NCBI RefSeq assembly: GCF_000150275.1
Contig: NW_002060945.1
Span: forward strand, 4,389,397 to 4,453,396
Length of the DNA stretch: 64,000 nt
From: Trichoplax adhaerens
Lineage: Eukaryota > Animalia > Placozoa
Direction of reading: 5' to 3'
Of the stretch, positions 38,064 to 53,417 are shown in pieces. The notes under the pieces were generated by a model. That model was not told the origin of the DNA and made no database searches. It saw nothing but the letters and a program-made list of their open reading frames with translations. Within the stretch, counting starts at the first letter, position 1; every line of letters starts with the position of its first letter. A program made the translations under genes and the position numbers.

Positions 38064-39713
38064 GACTCTCTATTCTACCAACTCAAATTTCTGATGTCCT
38101 GATGGATTCTACAGTATACGAAAATGAATATAACTTTTTAAACTAGCTGACTCTTTACACATAGTCTATTTGAACTGGAAAGGATAATGATTTAGTTATT
38201 CTTGTCCATAGGTGAATAACAATCCAGGGGCGTCAACTTTTGTTACTACTCTCTCTGTTGATGCATTAATTAATAAAGTTACAACTGCCTCCAAACTATA
38301 ACACCAATACGCATCAATTAACACAATTTATGACGATAATACACTAATATAGCAACTGTTCATCATGATAGTTTCAATTTATCTAGCAGGGCCAGCAATT
38401 CATTGCTAACACCATCCAATTAACAAATTGTAAAGATTGGCCTATGCAAATAGGCGTAGACTAGATTATTTAGGAAGGGGGCAAGGCCATAAGATATGAT
38501 CCAGTATCACCTGTAATTAGTGTTAGAGTAAGAAAGCGTTTCCTTTAGGAGCAAGGATGATGTCAAAGCTAAAGCAAACATAGTGCATCATATACGCCAA
38601 ACGGTAATATGCTACAGTATGCTGGAAACTGGATTATCGTCAGCAATGATCTGATTTGGCAATCTATAGCAAATAAACCTAATTTTATAAAATTAAACGT
38701 TCAAATTAAATGTTAGTTTTTTGTATATAACATACAGTGTTAGAATACAATTGGAAAGAGAGAAATGAAATGTAGATCGGGTGATGAACGAGAAGGTACA
38801 TTACATTCACGAAAGGCATAGTAGATGATGGTAGGTAGGAGCCAGCATGAGCTACTAATTTTGCCGATGAAGGAATGGACCAACGCTTAATGCGGTTTGA
38901 GTAGTAGAATTGCTATTACCGAGGACTTCTCGATGAAAATCAATTTTATTTTATTCCATATTGTTTAGTTATACTATAAGTTCGTCTTCAGTCCCTCTCT
39001 TTTTCTCATTATTACAAAATGAGCTAAAATTGATTTTCATCCAGAACTCCCTGCTATTACTAACATGCCACGTCGAATTACTAGTTCTAATGTAAATCCT
39101 TACAACGCAAAATATCATTTTACAAGCAATTCACAACTAAGTAGGTAATTAATAAATTGATGTATTAGCTAAATTAGTCCTCATAATAATAATAAAAAGT
39201 AAAAAGCGAGGTTGCATTAATCCCTCTAAAATGTATTGCTATCCCAAATAAGTTCAATTGGATGTTGTCATTTATCATACTGTGGCAGTATGAGTTCAAG
39301 CGTGATGCTGTGAAATTAGTCAATTGCGATTATCATAAGAAAAAATCACGACTACAAATACTTTCAGCCTAATTGAGCATGAAATTATTAAAGGAAATTG
39401 ATATACTCATTTTTTTCCATACTGACTATCGCTTGAGGTCTTCTTTACACACTGTGAACTGTCAAACACACCCAAAATCATCCAATCCACTGATCTAATC
39501 TTCAACTACAGGCAATGGCTAATAGTGATTATTGACGATACCCACTTTATATCCTGTTAAACTGCTAAGCTACTGCAATAGGTTGTTATTGACTATTACA
39601 CCTCACGGCTCGTAGCCTTTACAGAGGAGAAGAACAGCTAAAAAGATGTGTTCTCTTAGACGCAGTCTTTGCCTTAATAAAACAACTCAATAATGATCTG
39701 TTTATCGCTACTC

Positions 39714-41165
39714 ATCTACCTTAGGCCTAACATCGACCTTTACTCTAACTTATTACAGACATCTCAATTAGTGCCGTAATCGGTTTGAATAGTGCGTGTT
39801 ATAATATACAGTTAGCTCACATTGCTAAACTATATTACGTATATCGCTAGTAATAGAAGATCGATAACTACATCGAAACTATCATCAGTGCCGTACCCTA
39901 CAGCTACAACAATCAATCAACCGATTCCAATCGTTTAAATCATTGAATTTTATAAAGCGTATAAGCTACATTGATATAAAATATGACTGTAAGGTATTTT
40001 AAAATCTACCTTAGGCCTAACATCGACCTTTACTCTAACTTACTACAGACATCTCAACTAGTGCCATAATCGGTTTGAATAATGCATACAATAATATACT
40101 GTTAGCTCACATTGCTAAACTATATTACGTATATCGCTAGTAATAGAAGATCGATAACTACATCGAAACTATCATCATTGTCGTATCCTACAGCTATAAC
40201 AATCAATCAACCGATTCCAATCGTTTGAATCATTGAATTTTATAAAGCGTATAAGCTACATTGATATAAAATATGACTGTAAGGTATTTTAAAATCTACC
40301 TTAGGCCTAACATCGACCTTTACTCTAACTTACTACAGACATCTCAACTAGTGCCATAATCGGTTTGAATAATGCATACAATAATATACTGTTAGCTCAC
40401 ATTGCTAAACTATATTACGTATATCGCTAGTAATAGAAGATCGATAACTACATCGAAACTATCATCAGTGTCGTATCCTACAGCTACAACAATCAATCAA
40501 CCGATTCCAATCGTTTGAATCATTGAATTTTATAAAGCGTATAAGCTACATTGATATAAAATATGACTGTAAGGTATTTTAAAATCTACCTTAGGCCTAA
40601 CATCGACCTTTACTCTAACTTACTACAGACATCTCAACTAGTGCCATAATCGGTTTGAATAATGCATACAATAATATACAGTTAGCTCACATTGCTAAAC
40701 TATATTACGTATATCGCTAGTAATAGAAGATCGATAACTACATCGAAACTATCATCAGTGTCGTATCCTACAGCTATAACAATCAATCAACCGATTCCAA
40801 TCGTTTGAATCATTGAATTTTATAAAGCGTATAAGCTACATTGATATAAAATATAACTGTAAGGTATTTTAAAATCTACCTTAGGCCTAACATCGACCTT
40901 TACTCTAACTTACTACAGACATCTCAACTAGTGCCATAATCGGTTTGAATAATGCGTGTTATAATATACAGTTAGCTCACGTTGCTAAACTATATTACGT
41001 ATATCGCTAGTAATAGAAGATCGATAACTACATCGAAACTATCATCAGTGCCGTATCCTGCAGCTATAACAATCAATCAACCGATTCCAATCGTTTGAAT
41101 CATTGAATTTTATAAAGCGTATAAGCAACAATGATACAAAATATAACTGTAAGGTATTTTAAAAT
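39714..41165. repeat. Tandem repeat, ~290-bp unit x 5, near-identical
   Basis: atctaccttaggcctaacatcgacc starts at about 39714, 40005, 40295, 40585 and 40874; copies differ by few substitutions. Confidence 0.97.
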
Positions 41166-41984
41166 TTTATAAAACCTAATATTGAGCTCATCTACTACCC
41201 TACATTTACTATACAGTTTTCACTTAAATTGAGTCTACTGCCTAAATAAACACTCGGCTACAGAGTTCCTTTCGGAGTCATTGTCTGGCTATAGCATCTA
41301 TGTAGATTACTAATAATGTGATCAATTTCAAATCAAACTTTTTATTAAAGTCATATTCTAATTGATTGTATATTACTTACGATATTATGTACATTCTAGG
41401 TAACTTAATTTCGTACAACAGTACTTGCTATTTTTCCATTACATTCATTCACTAATTCAACTAGGGAAATGTAGTATACAATATCAATAATTACTGTAAA
41501 CGACAGCAAGAGGCACTCGGGAGTAGTCGGGAGTAGTTCGGGAGAAGAGTCTATTCCTGTACGATTAATAAACATTTTGTAAAGATATTTACAATAAGTC
41601 CAAACTAATATTTAGATTACTATTTAATTGCTTTTGTAGAATCCAAATAAAGAGTTAATTTAAAGCATACAAGCGTCCCCAGGTGTATATATAAATGAGC
41701 TCGTTGAAGATTTTTTACTTTATGTATTCACATATAGGACTCAGTATTTACTGTAATATGCATGTCTCACACAAAATCTTTCTATATAATATACTGTAGA
41801 ATATATATAGTTATTTCGTCACGATTATGATTAGGTATAAGGCGAATCTTGGGAGTAATTTAAATCCAATTACTGTATATTACAAGTCTATTTAAAATTC
41901 ATCAACTCCATATAATTCATATCGAATAAAAGAATTTATTAGATTATCTTTCCTATCACATTTGTAAGTAATTTTGTAAAAATG

Positions 41985-42340
41985 AACCCTAACAGCCAAT
42001 AAAACTGAAATCCTATTTACTAGAATGATAACAATGATTTTATCATTTATTTGTTCTGCAGCTTCAAGTGATGCGAAGATCTCGAGATTTGAAATTAGGA
42101 ATATCGTTTTTGCCCCATAGCCAACAAAACTAAAATCCTATTTATCAGAATGGTAACAAGAATTATAATTTTATTATTTATACGTTCTGTAGCTTCAACT
42201 GATATGAAGATCTCGAGATTTGAAATTAGGAATATTACTTTTGCTCTAGTACCTAACAAAACTAAAGTTGTATTTACTGGAATGGTTACAACAAATTTAA
42301 CTTTTATTTATATTGTGGCCTAGAATGATATGAAAATCTC
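41985..42340. repeat. Degenerate ~120-130-bp tandem repeat x ~3 (second copy of the array at ~47730-48090)
   Basis: Recurring aacaaaactaaaatcctatttatcagaatggtaacaa and gaagatctcgagatttgaaattaggaatat. Confidence 0.75.
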
Positions 42341-45300
42341 GGCGATGATTTGGGTAAGTAAACAAATAGAACAATTAACCTACGAAGTACCTGGCACTTA
42401 TGCTTTTAAATATATTTCTAATAAGAAGATCCACTACTATATCTTGTAGTTTATCCAATTTAAAATCCTGCATTGACTTTGTCTAATCTTAATCCCAATT
42501 TACAGTCAATAATATTGCTTTCTTATAAGCAGACAATTTCGTGCCTTTCAATTACATAAATAATATTTTTCCCTATAGATTTTTGTTTATACGAAAGTAT
42601 TAAATAGCCGTAAAAATAGGCTTACATTACACAATGTCCCTACTAAACTGTAATTGATTTATTACATCCGCAGAATACCTAGTCATCTATTAATTATTTG
42701 AANNNNNNNNNNNNNNNNNNNNNNNNNNNNNNNNNNNNNNNNNNNNNNNNNNATACATAAGATTGTCGCTATAGTAATTCTCGTATGTACCATCAATTCT
42801 AATCTTAATTAATAGTTTATAACATATTCGCTATGGTGAAATATTTCTNTGCATTGTCGTTAAACGCCATCCTTCGATAAAATATAATCAGTTTTTCGTG
42901 TTATCATTGATTAAGATTACTGATTTACAGGCTGATTAAAATTTTCTTGTATCATTAATACGGTAATCTGAGTATGTACGTAATGAAAGCTTAAGGCATA
43001 ACATTCATGTACCTGTGCATGTATTCTTTTTTCACTAAAATCGATGTTACGGTTTAATTGCAAAGCCATTTAAGTTACCCATAGAATATTAATGTATAGA
43101 TAGCTAGCAAAGACCCTAGTAAGTTTTCTTTCTCACTCTTACCCTTACTCAGTGCATTTAATAAAGGACAGTAATAATGTATTCGTAAAATGACTAGCCA
43201 AGAGAGTTTATAGTTGATCGTATGCCAAAGTCAACGTGCCTAGCCTAACGATAACTATGAACTATTATATATTTGACAAATTATTAATCTATAATCTCTT
43301 AGAGAGTAGTACTTATATCGACGCGGAATCATCATAGCAATAAAATTCGATATCATATAATGCTTTAAATTTACTTGTGCAATAATCGACGCACTGTATA
43401 TGTCAACGAAGTCGTATTAGAGTTCTGAAAAATCGATTAAAATTTCGAGTAATTGTACTGTGTACAGTATATATCCTTTACTATTTACTTTTATACCTTT
43501 TAAATTAAAATTGCTTATCTACAGTTTATTATAAAATAGAGATGATAGCATATAGCATAAGATTGAAATTAATCGATCTTCATTGAAATAGTATTAAGCG
43601 TTAAACCTTATTCTATATCTGATACGTAGTTCTAGTTTACTTTAATAATTTCTGTGATTGCCTCGTACATACATTATAATCAATCTATGCTTGGATCTTA
43701 AATATGCGATTATAAGAAGATTATAATATATACCGTCGCAGTTAAAAGTTTTATCGTATTATACGCTTTCCATGTATCTAGATTAAACGAAACTATGATA
43801 AATTATATGTGCACAATGTTTCTATCTTTCTTTATAAAAGCGTTGACTATATTGGCAGCTGTTCTAATACTATGATATTAACTTTGAGCACTATAAAACT
43901 TTACCCCGATAGTAAATTCTGAGAAAAGTTTTATAATTACACCAAACTTTTATCAAATTAATTACGATTACATCGTTACTATATTNNNNNNNNNNNNNNN
44001 NNNNNNNNNNNNNNNNNNNNNNNNNNNNNNNNNNNNNNNNNNNNNNNNNNNNNNNNNNNNNNNNNNNNNNNNNNNNNNNNNNNNNNNNNNNNNNNNNNNN
44101 NNNNNNNNNNNNNNNNNNNNNNNNNNNNNNNNNNNNNNNNNNNNNNNNNNNNNNNNNNNNNNNNNNNNNNNNNNNNNNNNNNNNNNNNNNNNNNNNNNNN
44201 NNNNNNNNNNNNNNNNNNNNNNNNNNNNNNNNNNNNNNNNNNNNNNNNNNNNNNNNNNNNNNNNNNNNNNNNNNNNNNNNNNNNNNNNNNNNNNNNNNNN
44301 NNNNNNNNNNNNNNNNNNNNNNNNNNNNNNNNNNNNNNNNNNNNNNNNNNNNNNNNNNNNNNNNNNNNNNNNNNNNNNNNNNNNNNNNNNNNNNNNNNNN
44401 NNNNNNNNNNNNNNNNNNNNNNNNNNNNNNNNNNNNNNNNNNNNNNNNNNNNNNNNNNNNNNNNNNNNGGAAAAGACATGCATTGTTTTATTAGACATTT
44501 ACTATTCTAAGCTACTGTTCCGTAGTAATAAGTAACCAAATCAGAAGTATTTGCTATTTCATCTAATGTGATACGAGTATATCTCCTTAAATCTCCTCTT
44601 TAAGTTATCCATTAAATATCGCATTCTTCAATAGATGTCTGAATACTAATTTTCCACCAGGAGTAATAAATATTAATACTATGAAGTAAAGTATAAGAAT
44701 ATGACTTTGCATTGAATATTATGGACGCTAAACTCGATCTTAATACTGGATAGCTATACTAGATAGCTAATAGGCTATGGTATCATAAATTACTGACAAG
44801 GCTACCAAACTACGGTACATGTATTCATGAAATAATCATAATGTATTGCTTAACCAGTTCGCTATTACCAATAGCACGGTAATTGATATGTTGGGCAACT
44901 TTAACGTAGTAAATAAATAAACAAGTGCCGTAATAAAATGAAAGATAAAAGTCGAATTTTAGCTGATCAGCAGGACCTGAGATTCTATGTGTGTATCTAT
45001 TTTCTTATAAGCGATACGTCATGCCCGGAGAAAATTTAATAAGGTTAATAATGATTTACATTATAATAATAAAAATATCTTTAAAATTTACCGTACAATA
45101 TGCAACAAATCAACTTAATTGCCGTATTAATATTTATTATCTCAGTAATTGAAATGATGACATGATTACAAAATAACGATACTGAGACACGTTCCCCTCA
45201 TGACGTCGAGATGGGTGAACTTTATTAATTGTCCCTGGAAAGCTATAAATACGGTCAATTTACATCCAAAATTTTAATAATTGTCCAAACGATACTAACG

Positions 45301-48300
45301 TTATCTGCTCACTAAGCAAACCGTATTACTTTTCCGATCTCTGTCAAGAAATTTTCTATTTACAATACAGAAATTTATTGGAATCTCAAATATGAGTGGA
45401 TCAAAGCAAAACTTTTCAATTTTAAACGTCGTTTCTCAGCGTACATTTTTGGCTATGATGGTTAGCAAATACTTAGTAAATTATTTTATACTGTATCGTA
45501 AACGATATCACATTAATTTCAATATAAATGTTCAAATTTCGAGAGTAGCCGTAGCACTGTAAACTACATTAAGATATCATTTAAGTTGTAATTCCTTTAG
45601 CAATTCGCTTATGCAAAAATTTAGACGATATCTAACGTATAATTACTGTCGCTAGAACAAATACTACAATGATAATTAATCTAGAAATTAATAATATATC
45701 GTTTCCTGTCGCTAGAATAAATGCTGTAATAATCATCAATCTAGAAATTAATACATTAGTTTCAGTAGTATTCGAAAGGCTATAGAAGAGTTANNNNNNN
45801 NNNNNNNNNNNNNNNNNNNNNNNNNNNNNNNNNNNNNNNNNNNTTTATCAAATTAATTACGATTACATCGTTACTATATTTATAATCTTCCAATATCAGA
45901 CATTTCGATTACTAGTTAAGCTTACTCATCATTTTATAACGTTTAAAATTTACGGATACAACTAAATCGACGATAAAAATAAAGGGGAAAGTAATTAATA
46001 TACCTGTTCCGGTAAATACGAGTATCGTATTCTGTGCCGACTAGGTAACTACAGAAGTAATCCAACAACAGTACAGCTATAAATAGTTATAGCATTTAGC
46101 TAAACCGCAATATAATAGTAATTGCAATATATTTTTTCGGTATGATCAACTATTAAGAAATATAACTACGTGTATGAATATTTATCTTATTTGGAATACT
46201 GGTATGATCTGTAACAATATTCGACATAGGGTGCCATATGCGTATATTTATCTATGTGGGTACAATATCACTCATTATTAGAGGAAATCACTCAATTACT
46301 ATAAACAAGGTTAAATTACATATTATAAGGCTTCGTGATGATAATGGCATTGGATGAAAATTTTAAATCTGTTATTAATCTATAGATACTTATGGGTATA
46401 AAAAATTAAGGCTTGCTATTAATCTTAAATTATGATATTCTAAGACTTTGATTCGTCTTGTAAACGTAAAGGCAACATTTTTCATTTATTTACTTTTAGC
46501 CTATCAAATCCCAGTAATATATACAGACGATACTATAGCAAATATTTCGACTTAGTTACTACTTAAAATACCAAGAAACTGTAGAGCTATCTACGTGAAA
46601 CTCAAGTCAGTCAGTTTGGGCGAAAGGTATCCGTATTATTAAATTTACTTTTATTTAACAATGTAACTTTTAAGTATCTATTCCGTACCTTTATATTATA
46701 TTTCTTGTCAAGAATCGTTCATATAGCATGTTATTTGTAAGCATATCAGTAATCGATTTTCTTTTATTAGTACGTACTCATTATGTTAAAATTAAATATA
46801 AAAATGACATATGTTGGAATCTTAGTTCTAAAAACAGTTATTATGTTTATATCTATAGTCAACATAGGATCTGGAACAGCAATTAAAACAATAATAATGA
46901 AGTAGCATACACGTGTATTAGATTCTAATCCTAAACTACTTATTAATTATGAAGTAGTCAGGGCTGGTAATCTCAATTAACGGCGATAATTATAGTGTCC
47001 ATGTCAGCTGAGATTCTGAAATTGTACTTGAGGCTATAGCGAATACAGTATATTTCATATTCTAGACCCAAAACTAATTTTCAACTTGAAATAGATAATT
47101 TCAGTCAGTAGAGGTAATCTTACGAGTTCGGATAGTCAAACAGAGGGTCTAGTATCGAGATTAAACTTCATAATCGTACTCGTACACGTACAACTGTAGA
47201 CATTAATATAGTGAATGATTTAACTATTACGTAGTACTGCAACAACGCAATTAACAGTAAGTAGAGATATGTCGTATAGTAATTTGATGTAATGCCATGT
47301 TAACAGAATAGGCTTTCCCCTATGCTGATTCAATTATGTTTAAATCAGCTTTCAAATTTTAAATTTCTCTGCTTATTTCTAAATATAGTGCGGTAAATCT
47401 TTGAAGTCATTAGTTCACATTAAGAGTAAATTAATCGAATGACTTCTTAAGTAGCATAATGAGGACTGAGTCGGAATTGTCTAAATGTAAAATATACTGA
47501 TCGAATATGTGGTTCGACTTACTAGTGGCAAACGCACAGCCACATGTACAAGATCGATTAGNNNNNNNNNNNNNNNNNNNNNNNNNNNNNNNNNNNNNNN
47601 NNNNNNNNNNNCAATTACTGTATATTACAAGTCTATTTAAAATTCATCAACTCCATATAATTCATATCGAATAAAAGAATTGATTAGATTATCTTTCCTA
47701 TCATATTTGTAAGTAATTTTGTAAAAATGAACCCTAACAGCCAATAAAACTGAAATCCTATTTACTAGAATGATAACAACGATTTTATCATTTATTTGTT
47801 CTGCAGCTTCAAGTGATGCGAAGATCTCGAGATTTGAAATTAGGAATATCGTTTTTGCCCCATAGCCAACAAAACTAAAATCCTATTTATCAGAATGGTA
47901 GCAAGAATTATAATTTTATTATTTATACGTTCTGTAGCTTCAACTGATATGAAGATCTCGAGATTTGAAATTAGGAATATTACTTTTGCTCTAGTACCTA
48001 ACAAAACTAAAGTTGTATTTACTGGAATGGTTACAACAAATTTAACTTTTATTTATATTGTGGCCTAGAATGATATGAAAATCTCGGCGATGATTTGGGT
48101 AAGTAAACAAATAGAACAATTAACCTACGAAGTACCTGGCACTTATGCTTTTAAATATATTTCTAATAAGAAGATCCACTACTATATCTTGTAGTTTATC
48201 CAATTTAAAATCCTGCATTGACTTTGTCTAATCTTAATCCCAATTTACAGTCAATAATATTGCTTTCTTATAAGCAGACAATTTCGTGCCTTTCAATTAC

Positions 48301-51300
48301 ATAAATAATATTTTTCCCTATAGATTTTTGTTTATACGAAAGTATTAAATAGCCGTAAAAATAGGCTTACATTACACAATGTCCCTACTAAACTGTAATT
48401 GATTTATTACATCCGCAGAATACCTAGTCATCTATTAATTATTTGAATTGATTAATGTCTCTATCAGGGCTACGATAGCAAATAAGATTAGTCTTGCCGA
48501 TAAGTCTGACTTTTGGAGAAGATAAGCTCTGGATAATAGGTTTTTATGTCACAATAATCAGTAATACATAAGATTGTCGCTATAGTAATTCTCGTATGTA
48601 CCATCAATTCTAATCTTAATTAATAGTTTATAACATATTCGCTATGGTGAAATATTTCTTTGCATTGTCGTTAAACGCCATCCTTCGATAAAATATAATC
48701 AGTTTTTCGTGTTATCATTGATTAAGATTACTGATTTACAGGCTGATTAAAATTTTCTTGTATCATTAATACGGTAATCTGAGTATGTACGTAATGAAAG
48801 CTTAAGGCATAACATTCATGTACCTGTGCATGTATTCTTTTTTCACTAAAATCGATGTTANNNNNNNNNNNNNNNNNNNNNNNNNNNNNNNNNNNNNNNN
48901 NNNNNNNNNNAGTGTTTGTATAACATAATCAAGAAACATGTTAATACCAATACTACAGTTAAGTTACACGTGTAACTAGAGTACTACAATATATGCTTAA
49001 TTAATCTGTAATTAAAGCACGGTTGCCGAGACTATCAATGCCAGTAGTTATCCGCAGTTTAAGTGATCTTCTTCTTTTATTAGCTTTCCTCATTTATATA
49101 CTGTATAGATCGCAATAAATACTAACATTCTACAGGGATTACCTGTAATATGTGTTACTGTAACATAGTGTTTCCTGCATGAGCAACGTTCATGTGCTGT
49201 ACACGTAGCACAAAATACAGTATCGTACATGCTAAACGGTAATATGCTATACCCTTAGTTACATAAATAATGATTTTCTCTATAGATTTTTGTTTATGTA
49301 AAAGTATTAAATAACTGTAAAAACAGAGTTATATTATACATCATCTTTACTAAACGGTAATTAATTTATTATCTGCAGGATATTTTGTCATCCACTAATT
49401 ATTTCAACTTATTACACAATATCTCTGTCAGAGCTACGATAGCAAATAAGATTAGTCATGCTGATAGATCTGGCTTTAAGAGGAGAGAAGCTCTAGTTAA
49501 CAGGTCTTGAGGGTTTAATAGTAATCAGTAGTAAATAAGATTGCCGTTATAACAATCTTCGTATACATCATCAGTTTGCTTTACCTACAGAATACCGCTG
49601 TATTAAGAGGTAACAGAGACTCTAACAGGTTTTCTTTCTCATATTCACTTTTTATACTCTTATATATTGCTATATACGAGTATAGTTTATAGTATTGTAT
49701 TTTATGCTGTAGCCTGCAGATAAATACTTTTCTCTATATATGTTGATGTTGTTTCAGTACTGAGATATCGCGCTGTACTGCGATGCAAGTTGCCTTTCCT
49801 AACCCCTTTTCACAAACATTTCAACTTTGAAAAACGATATCTTAAAGCTTAATAAAGCATTCTACTGTAGATAGTTAATTCTTTTACATAGCAGAAACAA
49901 TGCAAAGATTCTTTTTCATGGATTTCTACAGAACAGTTACACTTTTGAAATCCTTCAGAGACAAATTTATGAATATACAATGCAATATAGTATACAAATA
50001 TGGCTGTTGTAGCTAAGAAATTAAATGATAGTATGAATAAATAGGGATATTACCCTAATTTGTATTTAAATGCATGTGTCTATTATACTGTAACGTCTGT
50101 AATATTACTATACTGTAGGCAAGAATATATTTCATAAAATTAAGGAAGTAGCCAACCTGAACTTTAGAAACAGAACAGTCTATACGGATGTCACTATTCG
50201 CGTATTATTAAAATAGAACTATCCAATGTATTTTTTCATGCTAACGAAGGATACGTTATCCTTTTCTTTGTCTAATGTCGATACATTCAAGTACCATTTT
50301 GTTGTAGTACTGCCGTTGTAGTACTGCTGCATTATTTATCTGTTGCTTCTTAATTAGAGCTTACTTAGCGCATTTAATAAAGGACAGTAATAATCTATTC
50401 GTAAAATGACTAGCCAAGAGAGTTTATAGTTGATCGTATGCCAAAGTCAACGTGCCTAGCCTAACGATAACTATGAACTATTATATATTTGACAAATTAT
50501 TAATCTACAATCTCTCAGAGAGTAGTACTTACATCGACGCGGAATCATCATAGCAATAAAATTCGATATCATATAATGCTTTAAATTTACTTGTGCAATA
50601 ATCGACGCACTGTATATGTCAACGAAGTCGTATTAGAGTTCTGAAAAATCGATTAAAATTTCGAGTAATTGTACTGTGTACAGTATATATCCTTTACTAT
50701 TTACTTTTATACCTTTAAAATTAAAATTGCTTATCTACAGTTTATTATAAAATAGAGATGATAACATATAGCATAAGATTGAAATTAATCGATCTTCATT
50801 GAAATAGTATTAAGCGTTAAACCTTATTCTATATCTGATACGTAGTTCTAGTTTACTTTAATAATTTCTGTGATTGCCTCGTACATACATTATAATCAAT
50901 CTATGCTTGGATCTTAAATATGCGATTATAAGAAGATTATAATATATACCGTCGCAGTTAAAAGTTTTATCGTATTATACGCTTTCCGTGTATCTAGATT
51001 AAACGAAACTATGATAAATTATATGTGCACAATGTTTCTATCTTTCTTTATAAAAGCGTTGACTATATTGGCAGCTGTTCTAATACTATGATATTAACTT
51101 TGAGCACTATAAAACTTTACCCCGATAGTAAATTCTGAGAAAAGTTTTCTAATTACACCAAACTTTTATCAAATTAATTACGATTACATCGTTACTATAT
51201 TTATAATCTTCCAATATCAGACATTTCGATTACTAGTTAAGCTTACTCATCATTTTATAACGTTTAAAATTTACGGATACAACTAAATCGACGATAAAAA

Positions 51301-53226
51301 TAAAGGGGAAAGTAATTAATATACCTGTTCCGGTAAATACGAGTATCGTATTCTGTGCCGACTAGGTAACTACAGAAGTAATCCAACAACAGTACAGCTA
51401 TAAATAGTTATAGCATTTAGCTAAACTGTAATATAATAGTAATTACAATATGACATATTTTCGGTATGATCAGCTATTACATATGAATNNNNNNNNNNNN
51501 NNNNNNNNNNNNNNNNNNNNNNNNNNNNNNNNNNNNNNTATTATTAAATTTACCCTTTATTTAACAATGTAACTTTTAAGTATCTATTCCGTACCCTTAT
51601 ATTATATTTCTTGTCAAGAATCGTTCATATAGCATGTTATTTGTAAGCATATCAGTAATCGATTTTCTTTTATTAGTACGTACTCATTATGTTAAAATTA
51701 AATATAGAAATGACATATGTTGGAATCTTAGTTCTAAAAACAGTTATTATGTTTATATCTATAGTCAACATAGGATCTGGAACAGCAATTAAAACAATAA
51801 TAATGAAGTAGCATACACGTGTATTAGATTCTAATCCTAAACTACTTATTAATTATGAAGTAGTCAGGGCTGGTAATCTCAATTAACGGCGATAATTATA
51901 GTGTCCATGTCAGCTGAGATTCTGAAATTGTACTTGAGGCTATAGCGAATACAGTATATTTCATATTCTAGACCCAAAACTAATTTTCAACTTGAAATAG
52001 ATAATTTCAGTCAGTAGAGGTAATCTTACGAGTTCGGATAGTCAAACAGAGGGTCTAGTATCGAGATTAAACTTCATAATCGTACTCGTACACGTACAAC
52101 TGTAGACATTAATATAGTGAACGATTTAACTATTACGTAGTACTGCAACAACGCAATTAACAGTAAGTAGAGATATGTCGTATAGTAATTTGATGTAATG
52201 CATTGTTAACAGAATAGGCTTTCCCCTATGCTGATTCAATCATGTTTAAATCAGCTTTCAAATTTTAAATTTCTCTGCTTATTTCTAAATATAGTGCGGT
52301 AAATCTTTGAAGTCATTAGTTCACATTAAGAGTAAATTAATCGAATGACTTCTTAAGTAGCATAATGAGGACTGAGTCGGAATTGTCTAAATGTAAAATA
52401 TACTGATCGAATATGTGGTTCGACTTACTAGTGGCAAACGTACAGCCACATGTACAAGATCGATTAATTAAAGGTTGGTTAGAGTGGGGAGGAAGGAAAA
52501 GACATGCATTGTTTTATTAGACATTTACTATCCTAAGCTACTGTTCCGTAGTAATAAGTAACCAAATCAGAAGTATTTGCTATTTCATCTAATGTGATAC
52601 GAGTATATCTCCTTAAATCTCCTCTTTAAGTTATCCATTAAATATCGCATTCTTCAATAGATATCTGAATACTAATTTTCCACCAGGAGTAATAAATATT
52701 AATACTATGAAGTAAAGTATAAGAATATGACTTTACATTGAATATTATGGACGCTAAACTCGATCTTAATACTGGATAGCTATACTAGATAGCTAATAGG
52801 CTATGGTATCATAAATTACTGACAAGGCTACCAAACTACGGTAAATGTATTCATGAAATAATCATAATGTATTGCTTAACCAGTTCGCTATTACCAATAG
52901 CACGGTAATTGATATGTTGGGCAACTTTAACGTAGTAAATAAATAAACAAGTGCCGTAATAAAATGAAAGATAAAAGTCGAATTTTAGCTGATCAGCAGG
53001 ACCTGAGATTCTATGTGTGTATCTATTTTCTTATAAGCGATACGTCATGCCCGGAGAAAATTTAATAAGGTTAATAATGATTTACATTATAATAATAAAA
53101 ATATCTTTAAAATTTACCGTACAATATGCAACAAATCAACTTAATTGCCGTATTAATATTTATTATCTCAGTAATTGAAATGATGACATGATTACAAAAT
53201 AACGATACTGAGACACGTTCCCCTCA

Positions 53227-53275
53227 TGACGTCGAGATGGGTGAACTTTATTAATTGTCCCTGGAAAGCTATAAA
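53227..53275 (+). promoter_or_regulatory. Candidate core promoter (CRE-like TGACGTC plus TATAAA) of the secreted cystine-knot-like gene; duplicate at ~45200-45249
   Basis: tgacgtc at 53227-53233 and tataaa at 53270-53275, about 145 bp upstream of the ATG at 53418. Confidence 0.45.
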
Positions 53276-53417
53276 TACGGTCAATTTACATCCAAAATTT
53301 TAATAATTGTCCAAACGATACTAACGTTATCTGCTCACTAAGCAAACCGTATTACTTTTCCGATCTCTGTCAAGAAATTTTCTATTTACAATACAGAAAT
53401 TTATTGGAATCTCAAAT

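Noticed and set aside
43968-44498. Poly-X ORFs
   Set aside because: They span an N gap.
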